Assembly (NCBI GenBank): GCA_016748015.1
Contig: JAAOMT010000219.1
Location: 238,436 to 302,435 of the forward strand
Source of the DNA: Geosiphon pyriformis uo1
Lineage: Eukaryota; Fungi; Glomeromycota
Direction: 5' to 3'
Length of the DNA stretch: 64,000 nt
Shown: positions 29,401 through 40,026 of the stretch, piece by piece
Layout of the letters: each line of letters opens with the position of its first letter
Position numbering within the stretch: position 1 is the first letter of the stretch
Position numbers and translations under genes: made by a program
Notes under the pieces: generated by a model
What the model was told of the DNA's origin: nothing
Seen by the model: only the letters and a program-made list of their open reading frames with translations
Database searches by the model: none

Positions 29401-30381
29401 TTAACCGGTTAATGTAGGATTCCTGAGAAGCTGTCGCGGCTCAGCTGAATTGAAACATTTGATTCTAAATGAACATTAAAAAATGGAAAGAAAAATCTCT
29501 TAATATATCTTAGAAATGCTTACTTGAATACCAAACTGGCATCGCAATTTCTCCGCCAGTTGTCCTTATGACAACCTTTTTGCGATTCCATTTTCGTGGT
29601 TTATTGCCTCTCGATTCTTCAGGAGTTGATTCAAAATTGACCGAAATATCGGAGGGAATTATGATAGCATTACGTTGTGGTTGATGGACTACTTTGTTGA
29701 AAATATGAATTTCACGAATATTAAAGAGGAATAGATGGTATAAACTTGTAAATACCATCAATCGGGTAAGTTTCTATCGGAGGTAATGATAGTTGTGGTT
29801 GGGGTGCTGCTGGCGGTTGAACGATTTTATTGATACGAAATTCTAAAAATTGTCCTGCACCGCTTACAGTGCTGCTTCCACTGCTACCACCGCTATAAGA
29901 TTTTTGTTCCTTTGTAAACTTTACGGTTGGGTCTATCCACTGCAAAGGCGCGTTTTCATATGTGCTTTGAGGAAAGAAAGTTTATTATATTTGGCTAGGC
30001 AAAGTGGCAAGAGAAAAAAGAGCTCCTTTCTTACTCTGTTCCTAGTCTAGCTTTCGTCTTGCCTTTAAAAGATTTGCTTTTGCTTCCAGCTGAAGTTTTT
30101 GGGATCTTAGCAGGAGAGGGAGGGGCTTCAGTGGTAGCAGAAGCTGAAGATGTCGCTGCATCTTCCTCAACAAAGTCGGCAGCTGTTGAACTTGAAGGTT
30201 TACGTGGTCGACCACGAATACGTTCCGCTTTTGTTGTCATGACTGATGCTTGTTTTTCTTGTTGGGTTTCTGGTGGGGTTGGTTCTCTGAGTTGTTGAAT
30301 AGACTCCGGAGCTGTGGGTGGCAGATCTACTTGGGGATCTGCGGGGGTTGTAGAATTGCGAAGCTTTCGCTTGATAGCCAT
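29401..30381 (-). CDS. Small nuclear protein with an AT-hook and an Ies4/Rtt102-like two-tryptophan hairpin (putative chromatin-remodeller subunit)
   Basis: RGRPRKP AT-hook; 'KPRKWNRKKVVIRTTGGEIAMPVWYS' resembles the Ies4 C-terminal motif; four exons inferred, last exon uncertain. Confidence 0.55.
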
Positions 30382-31089
30382 TGTGTATACTAACTCAACT
30401 TTGGATAGTCACAGAATGTGAAGGAAATAGGAGTGGCATGAATTTATAAACACGAAAATTGCGGATCATTTCGTCTTTTTTATAGGGATGAATTTGAGAA
30501 AATAGGATGCTAAATAATTAGCTTGAGGATGGTTGATAGAAGCTGTTCAGGTAACAGTTTTAATAAACCAAAGATGTGCGTCACACACATCAGTGCTATA
30601 TTTGCAGAATTCAGAAAATCAATTTGAAGATCGCACCCTTTCTAAATTCGATTTCATTGGCAGCTGGCATAATATGGGAGTTCAAAATTTCCAACTTTGC
30701 TTTCTGCGCAGTTTTCAACCGTAACACAAAAGGAAGATAAAATATACCATTCCAGAGGGAATTGAGGTTCAGTTTGCGATTCTTCCTATTCCGCGCTTGA
30801 CTTCTGGATTCGTGAACTGTCGCACTCTGAAAATAAAGTACTTTCAAACTTCTTACTTGAAATGCCCAATTTAACAAAATATTGGTTTTGTTCAAATTTA
30901 ACTTATTTTTTTTAGGAAATATACGTATTCAAATATTTATTAAAATAAATAAATAACACAAGATTTAGTAATTTAATGTAATTTAAAATTTTCCAAATAA
31001 CATAGTAATTGTTAAAAGTTTATGTAAGCAATAAATATATAATAAATTTTCAATTTGTATGATTTTTTCGCACTCAAAATTTATTCACA

Positions 31090-32443
31090 ATGTCCTCAAC
31101 ACCCTCTTATACAATGCGTCACCTTCCGCCACCTGCAAATGTTCATTATTCACACACCAGTTTGAAGACCACTTTAACAAACTCTGAGCACAATCAAAAT
31201 CTCTATAAGCTTGCCTTCCATTCCAGGTGTTTTCATCAAAGGGACCTTTGGGAAGAGGTTCTTGTCTTAGAACGACTCTTTTACAAAAACAAAAGTCAGC
31301 ACCAACACTCCGGCTACTTTCGAAGAGTTGTCGAGGTTTTTGATTTTTCCATCAAATTTCATCTTTTTTTGTTTTCCAACTCCTTGGGTTTAAATTAACA
31401 CCTTTTAGGTTCGTCGCATTCTAAAAAGGCTTAAAGAACTTGACCTTTGTCAACTTCTTGTCAACCTTCTTAATTGCTTCTATGGACAAGAGAGGTATTG
31501 TGATTGTTTTAGTCATTTCTCAAGGGGCATTGACTTTTACCTTTCACCAAACTTATTAGCAAGAAAGCAAAAGAGCATTTGGAGTATATACCTTCGCGTG
31601 AAATGATATTTTACTCTTTAAATCGTTTAGCTGGAGGTGCCATGCTTATGAATAAGGTATCATCTATATATACATTTCATTGTATTGTATTTGAAATTTC
31701 GATTTTTCACGATTTGATGATCTAGGCTCTCAAGTCTTATGTTCATACATTCATGTGAGTCTTGGATCTTCAATCAATTCAATTTTTATCTTAATTATAT
31801 AAGTCTATTCTTTCACAATACAAATATAGCGATTTCCATATGCTTCTCTCACGAATGGAATTTATGAATTTCTCTATGGTTATGATTTCGTTAATTGGCC
31901 GCTTGCACGAGCTAACTCGAGCGTGGTTAAGCGAAGTAAAGGAATGTTATTTTCTATTAATTAATTGGGCTGATTGTTTTCCAGTAAGCATTTGTTTATT
32001 CAGATCAATTTATTATTTTGATTTTAATATTAAAATAAATGCTTTTGGTTCGTTTAAATCACACCATAGATTTCATCGAATGACCCCAAAGAATTGTCTC
32101 ATGGCTTCGGTTTGCCCGATACGCTAGATTTCTTGTTATCTGAGGAGAACACAACAATGTTAATTTACTATATTTTGCTGAAGATTCATATTTTCAAAAC
32201 TTATACTAAAATTTTGTATTTCTTGTTAGACATCATGTATCTCAAGCAAATAAATTAACTTTCGAAACGATTGTACCAGAAACGGAGACCAGGAGTACGA
32301 CCAAAACTCTACTTAAGGCCGAGGTTAAACAAGGGACTGATCAAGCAAATGAAAGTTCCATAGTACCTCTATATTTGCAAGATTTGACTCTGATCGAACC
32401 AATTGTCGACATAAAAGAAACCCAAAAGAAAAAGTTCCTATAA
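31090..32443 (+). CDS. RNase MRP subunit Rmp1/NEPRO-like (DUF4477) protein
   Basis: 'LERLFYKNKSQHQHSGYFRRVVEVRRILKRL' and 'FMNFSMVMISLIGRL' match the Rmp1/Nepro pattern; 3' end uncertain. Confidence 0.7.
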
Positions 32444-32945
32444 TGGTACCAAAACAGGCTCAACTGATTCCAAAGGATCTAAACTCTCTGCAGCCAGCAA
32501 AAGAAAATTCTGTGTTAATAAATATGTCGATAAAACTTCATTTTCGGAAAGGAACTCTCAATTCTAAAAAAAAAAGGTTTGACAAATTTGCCAATGAAGA
32601 TTTTGATTATGCTCCATTAATCTTTAAGCAGTACTTTATATACATTGTGTTACAAAAGTTTGGACATTTGATGATCTAAATAAAATTTGTCCAATTAAGA
32701 CATAATATATTGATTAGTACAAGATTCTTTTTTTCATTAAATTAAATAATACATTTCAATAAAAAACTTTTGTAACACACTATACTTCATTATTTGCAAG
32801 TTTTATTTCTTATATTGTGGTTTATTCGTCATAATTTTTTTAAAACCGTCATTTTTCCAATTGCTGATTGAAAATATTGAGAAATCAAAAGTTAAAATTA
32901 AATCTCGCTGATATGAAAATTTTCCATTTATTTAAAAACCCACCT

Positions 32946-35687
32946 TCAAAGATGTCCATCATCAACCTTTTCCTCAAAATTTCCCATCACCACACCTAAA
33001 TGTAATATACGCTGTCCTGATTGACATACTGGATCCATCTCTTTACCAATTACAATTCCATCTTCAGGAGCATAATAAGTTTCCACAAGATGACCGAAAA
33101 CTGAATGAAGAGTAGCAATGGGCTCGCTCTTTCTTATCCACGTATTTACGTCGGGTAGAACTATGATAATTTATTTAAGATGATAAGAACTTGAATAAGC
33201 AAATATTTGAGGTAGCAAGTTTGACTTACCGTTTAAAATACCACCACGATTGCAAAAAATCCAATACTTTCCAAGCGTAATATGCTCTAAATGTTAATAG
33301 CCATATATGTGAATAAGGAAAATAACAGAGAAATAATGATTCTTACGCTTTTCGTGCATATCACAGGATCATGTTCCGGCAATAAATTTTCTTGGGGAAT
33401 CATCTTAAGGTTGCTCAAAATGTTAGTTACACCTTGGAGCGCATTTCTGACAAACCTTTTTTGAAAAGTAGATGGGTCTCCAATTTCAACTTTTAAAATG
33501 ATAATTAGTAGGCGAGAATTAGTAACATTAATAAAAACATTTCATTATTTAACTTAAAAATTCAAACCAGTAATAGCTAGAATTCCACGTTCCATTGCAG
33601 CACCTCGTAATGAGCCGTCTGGTGAGGTATTATGGACAATAATCTAATATTTTTGAATATATAGCACTTCTTAGCTTTTTATCCTAAATTGGGATTCATA
33701 ATAACATTAATAAGGCATATTGTTTACCTGCGGATTTTGTAGTCTTGCCATACGATTTGTTCGATTATCTTTCATGTTCGCTCTAACATATAACGAATTA
33801 GCTCGCCCTTTTGACGCTGTATGCAGGTCCAACAAATGTGTAAACTTGCTAACGATGCGATCTATAAGGTTAAATGCGTAGGTTTGGGATTCGGTGCCAT
33901 TAGGCTTTCCAGGCATGACACGGTTGAGATCGGTCCCATCACTGAATGTGCGACGTCCTGCCAAATATCCGGGCACATTTGCTACGGGGCATGCTACGAC
34001 AATCCCATGTAAATTCCCGGGATTTAATTCTTGAGATATTAAACGGTGTATCAATGGAATTCCATTCAATTCGTTGCCATGTAGAGCAGCAGTCTTTTAG
34101 GGATGATGATTATTATTTTGATAGTATTATGGTAACATGTATTGATTCAAGTATTTTCCACTTACCAAACCAACTACGGGACCTGGTTTCACACCCTTGG
34201 CAAGAAACCAAGATGAACGGACATAAACTCTTGCTGTGTCAGTCCAATATTTTTCGCGGGAAGTAAAGACAAAAATTCAAGGAGACCTTATAAACTAAGC
34301 TACTGTTGACCACCAGAAAGTAATTGCCAAAAACATACCTTAGCGACAATAACAGGAACTTTGATTGGTAGGTTCATACCATCCTCCGCCAATTCAACCC
34401 AAAGATAGGAGACTTGTCCATGAGGTAAGCCTTCCAAGTCTAAAGCTTGAACAGTCCGAAGGGAAATATCTTCTGTCAATACTTGGGTAAGATTCTGAGT
34501 TGTAGGAGAAAGACCCGGAGACAAAGGAACGCGTTTTCTCCAAATCTTTTGAAGCGTCATATTTTGAATAATTATGTTGTTTAACTCATTAAAAGATTTT
34601 AATTTATTTATTGCGGTTTCACTTACTTGTCTGGCTCTTGATAACAAGTTCTCATCGCTTTCACTAGTCACAAATTTATAGCTTGTAACCAAACTCCACA
34701 GTTCTTTGCCGATAGGGGTGAAAGTATATCGATTAAGGTTGTTGCTCGGTGATGCAGTAGATGTTCGAGAAGGGGGGCTGACAACTTTAAAAGATGATTT
34801 CAGAGGCTCAGGTAGCAAAAGCATTCCTGATCCAGAATTTGGCTTCAGTGTTTCCCGAGAAGCATCAGATATAGTTATTGTGGTAGTGAGTTGTTCTAGC
34901 TCTTCAGTACTTGATGTATTATAAAAATATTTGTCGAATTTTTTGAGAATTTTTTGAAAACCAGTGATATTGGTTTGAGTAAATTCTAGATATAAACATA
35001 ATTGTGGAATTTTGCAAGTCTTAATTAATATTAGATTTGGGATTTTCTATAAACAAATTAAGCTTGCCTTTTAATGACTCAAGTGACTGCAAAAGTTTGA
35101 GAATATTTTTTCTCCTGTATCAAGAATCAAATGGGATACTATCAAGAAATTTTTTTAACATATAAATGAAAAGTGAATCAACCAGGATCTGAATTTTTTA
35201 CCAGCTTTCATATTCCTCATCTGGCATTCCTTCGTACCACTAAAAAATGTTAATTTCCGCAAGGTTGAGAAATATTCAAAGATGCATAACTCGACTTGAG
35301 TTGATACTCGCGCTATCTCCAACATTAAAAAATTGAAAAGATTAAATACCTTTCCGTCGAGTTCTTCTAGAGCTTTTCTAGACTCCTTTTCTACCCGTTC
35401 GTAGCGACCGTCCACCTTTTGTAATTCGAGAACTAACATGCCACGAAATTCTTCTACGATACTTTTTAGAAAGAGGGGGTCATTTTCGTTGGCTATTTAC
35501 AGGCGTCATCAACAATTAATGTAAGATGAAAGCATAAAACTCAAGAGCAGTTTGGTAGATATGTAAGTTTCATACCTACAAGGTTCGCAGCATTTTCTTT
35601 TAAATACTTTTTTAACGTCCGATAGTCTATATAATAATCAGACCAAGTAGGAATTGTGCGCAAGGCCAACTGTTTCGCAAACTTCAT
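32946..35687 (-). CDS. SPX domain fused to a succinylglutamate desuccinylase/aspartoacylase-family (M14 AstE/AspA) zinc hydrolase
   Basis: SPX: MKFAKQL..IPTWSDYYIDYRTLKK, F..ML..ELQKVD..Y, EFTQTNITGFQKILKKFDK. M14: ALHGNELNG, DLNRVMPG, DLHT, ITVEIG, and C-terminal barrel-sandwich 'APEDGIVIG...G.RILHLG'. The SPX end and M14 start lie in one exon and frame. Confidence 0.9.
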
Positions 35688-35794
35688 GGAAAATGATATA
35701 TTTTCGGTGGCCTGTAGAATGATTTGCTTCAGAAGTTTGAATTGCTCATATATATGGACAAAAAAACTTGATCATAATCCAAAATTAGGCCTTT

Positions 35795-35800
35795 CACGTG
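35795..35800. promoter_or_regulatory. CACGTG E-box (Pho4-type bHLH site) in the SPX-M14 / MPC1 divergent promoter
   Basis: Exact CACGTG about 108 bp upstream of the SPX gene ATG; a single hexamer, so it could be chance. Confidence 0.3.
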
Positions 35801-35948
35801 TAGGAAAGGCTTTTTATTTAGAAATAAAAAAATTTCCGAGATTCTTCATTACTTGGACTTTAAGTTTTCTGCAATAGAGTTACAATAGAATAGTTTAATT
35901 CCTCTTTGCTTTTGTGCTTTTCTCTATCGCCTTTATTTCCTTCCGAAA

Positions 35949-36749
35949 ATGACTACTTCGTGGGGCTCGCGTTTATCACAATACATTACCACTCAGGAGT
36001 TTCGTAACTATCTAATGAGGTTGTTAGAGAGAGCAGATTGGCATTCATCTCTTTACACTCAATTTGATTACAATTTATTATTCCATACTTCAGGCTTGAA
36101 TATTATTAATACCTTTTTTTATGTTAATTATTTTTAGCACTGTGAGTATTTATATTTTATGTTAAAAAATGGGCTAAATTATTGTTAAATTACTCAAAAT
36201 TTCATTTTTTAATAGCATTTTTGGGGTCCAGGTATTATATTTTCAAATGGGAAATTAAATTCTTGATAAAATTTGTGTGTAATGAAAATTATTTATTTAT
36301 AGTTGCTAATTGGGGTTTACCACTCGCGGCCATTGCTGATTTTAAAAAGGATCCAGAATTCATATCACCAAAAATGACACCAGGTAAAAATTATTGGATA
36401 TATTTGTGGTTTGATTTTTATTTGAGGAGATCAATTTCTTTAAATCCCTTGTATGATTTTATTAGCAATGATGATTTATTCAGCAGCATTTATGAGATTT
36501 GCTTGGATGGTACAACCACGAAATTATCTTCTTTTTGCTTGTCATTTTGCTAACGAGTCGGCACAGATTGTTCAAGCTTACCGTTATATTGATTATTTCA
36601 AGTATGTACTAAATAGCTTTGTTTCAATTGCTCAAAATCTATTTGGAATTGCAACAAATTTTATCATTTTTATCAAATATAGAATGGGTGGTAAAGAGAA
36701 AGCTTTCAAGGCAAAACTGGAGACACCAAAAGTGGACACAGCATCTTAA
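35949..36749 (+). CDS. MPC1: Mitochondrial pyruvate carrier 1 (with a 4-nt micro-exon)
   Basis: Spliced product reads [23 protein letters not shown]...ISPKMT...[19 protein letters not shown]. Confidence 0.96.
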
Positions 36750-37180
36750 TCGTAGTTTAGGAAGATAAATAGATAATTAAATAAATTTTCGCTTTCGTTT
36801 TTATTTACACTAAGTTGTAGCCTTTATAAACTAAAGAAAAATATTAAATTATAACAACAATGAGATTGACAATATCCTGGAAATAAGATTTTGATAAGTC
36901 GATTAACTTACGCGTCGTTAGATTATCTTTGGTTGGGGGCGGAAGTTTTGTCATTTGTTTGCTTCAATTCCAAATACGACATCACAGTTACGTCACACGC
37001 TCCCGGTAGATAAAACTATAATAACTGACAAATGAAAAATTTGAATGTTTTTTCCAGGAGTACATGTTCTTCAAATTACGTTTTAGCTCACCTCCTTATT
37101 TCTTATCCGGGAAGATTCAATAAAAATACCTTGGGGTTATTTTCTTCCCAAACTACAAATAAACCTCTAAAAAATTTTCA

Positions 37181-38880
37181 ATGAACACCGAGAATTTTGA
37201 TGATACTGAGGATTTCTTTGAATCTTTTGATGGTTCTAATTACATTGAAAATGATGTTACTATAGAAGTTTCAGAAGCACTCCATGAATCTGGCGCCTTA
37301 TCCTCATACATTGCTTCTGCATTCGCTGGATATCCCGACCATTTACGCGTGCGTTTATCATTAAATCAAAAATCAATATGGCCCGACGTATCGTTGTGGT
37401 CAATACTAAAAAACTCAATTGGGAAAGATTTGAGTAAGATCACATTGCCTGTCTATTTCAATGAACCGACTTCCATGTTACAACGTATGGCCGAAGATAT
37501 GGAATATAGTGAATTATTGGATATTGCTGCTCGACATAAGGAGAGCACTGAACGCATTTTATATGTGGCCGCTTTTGCAATGAGCAATTATTCTAGCACC
37601 GTTGGACGAGTGGCAAAACCCTTTAATCCCTTATTGGTAGGCAATCTTTACGAGATGCGTGATTTAATTGAACTTTTCCATGATTCTAGAAATTTTTTTA
37701 TAGGGTGAAACATATGAATACGTCAGACCCGATAAGACCTTTCGCTATATTTCTGAACAAGTTAGTCATCATCCGGTAAAGTTTTCTATTTCATTTTTAC
37801 CTTGGTTTATTTATTGCTTGAGAAAATGTTTAATTTTATCTGAATGATTAGCCAATTAGTGCATGTTACTGTGAATCTCCACATTACGATTTTTTTTCTG
37901 AAGTAGATGTAAAGTCAAGGTTTTGGGGAAAATCTTTCGAAATATTACCAAAAGGAGTTTCCCACGTGAATTTAAAAGTTCCTAAAGAATATTGGCCAAA
38001 AGACCAGAAAGAACGAAATCCTAATTCTTTCCCAGCAAAAGGCAACCCTAAAGCATTTTCAGAACATTACTCATGGAAAAAGGTTACGACTTGCGTGAAC
38101 AATTTAATCGTTGGATCTCCTGTAATTGATCATTATGGTGATATGGTTATCACAAATCATTTGACTGGTGACAAGTGTACCTTAACATTTAAAGCTCGTG
38201 GGTGGCGTGGAAAAGATGCATATGAGATAAGGGGCGTAGTTAATGATGCACAAGGTACAGAAGTTTGGGAAATTGCCGGAAGATGGAATGAACGATTAGT
38301 TGCTCGAAGAAGTATCGGGGCTCGTCATTCATCAAATGAACATGATCTAGGGAGTGATGCAGCCGCAGAATCAGCTACCTTACCCAATGAAATAGATAAT
38401 AATGGGGCAATATCTCCGACAACCATAGAGAAACCAACAAATTCAAAATCATTAAGTCGTCGAACTATTCATTTATTATGGAAACGTGCAACTTTACCGG
38501 AAGAACCAATTCTGTTCAATCTTACCCCTTTCGCATTAACTCTTAATGATCTACCAGATTCTTTAAAGCCTTGGGTTGCACCTACTGATTCACGTATGAG
38601 GCCTGACCAACGTGCCATGGAAAATGGCAACTATGATTTAGCCAGTTCTGAGAAGACTCGTCTCGAAGAAAAACAACGCTCTAAACGAGCTGCGCGTGAA
38701 CAAGGAGAAATTGAAGAATGGAAACCACGTTGGTTTAAACGCGATGTTGAGCCTGATACCACCGAAGGATATTGGTTATTTAATCATGAGTATTGGCAAG
38801 AACGTGAACGGACTGGGAAAGAAAAAACCGAGGGAACTGGGCCTGGTAAATGGAATATCCAAGATGATGATATATTCTAA
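37181..38880 (+). CDS. Oxysterol-binding protein-related protein (short ORP/Osh, ORD only)
   Basis: [52 protein letters not shown] (split by an intron), [16 protein letters not shown]. Confidence 0.95.
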
Positions 38881-40026
38881 GTCAGTATTTATTAGCAAGG
38901 CAAAGATTGTGGATAAAGTAAAAAGTAAAAATTGTCGGTGCCTTAGAATTATATGAATTTTATTTTTAAATTATGTTTTGGATCATGACAGCATTATATT
39001 ATCCAAAAATAGTGAAATTTATTTTTGGTGGCAATTGTTGTAACATCGAATCAAAATTAAGCCAATGAAATTTTGACATTTACCATAATTCGCTGCATAA
39101 AACTCGGGGTGAGTGTATGGGTTAGAATCTAGTTTTTAACTTATGATTGCTTTATACAGTCAATATTTTTGTGGTATGCAATACAAGCAGTTAAAAACAA
39201 ACATGTAATATGCACAAAATATTACTTATTTAAACAAATTTCAATCTTGGGGATCTATTTCAATTTGCCAATAACTGTTAACCAAGTCTAAAGTTAAAAT
39301 CTATTTAGATTTTCCAAAAACATTTAACATATTGTTACAGTTGAAACCCATACTTTTTATTAGTTATTACATGTATTAGCCATTGATGTTATATAATTAG
39401 CCATCTTATTTTTAGATAGTGATTATTGATTACTTTCAATAGCTATATAAGCAATAAGTTCTTTAACTGTAAAAAGACATAATCAAAGTAATGAAATAAA
39501 ACACTATTAATTACTTTCTTTCATATTGCTTATTCTTTTTTTTCTACTTTTAAGTATCTGAACATCTTGGAATAAAAGATTATTTGTTGTCATTTATATA
39601 TCTTATCTTTTTCTTTTCTTGATTTGTATTTGTTAGAATTAGTCTAAGAAACAATTGCTTGCTTTTGTGATTCATTGAATAAAGAAATAATTAAAAAGCA
39701 CAATAATACTTGTTATTGATTTTAAGAATTGCTGAATTAAGACATAAAATAATAGCAGTAGTATTATTTTGTTAATAATTATGGACTATTCTTTTATTTT
39801 CAAATTTCCAAAAAAATTTTGCAACTGTAATTTTTATGAGACTAATCATGCATATTGAATTTATACATATTCAATTTGCTTCCTTATTGTAATTTTCTCT
39901 TTGATTATTTCCATTACCCTACAATTCTGTTTTCTTTTGCTATTCATTAACTTGTTATTTTAACCTATAACATAAAAGTAGTGTTCTTTATAAAATTGTT
40001 AAAATCAACTTTGTTTTTTATTATAT

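Noticed and set aside
32441-32679. TAATG stop-start overlap and 78-aa ORF after the RMP1-like gene
   Set aside because: No recognisable motif; it may be 3' UTR or an unresolved final exon, so translational coupling is unsupported.
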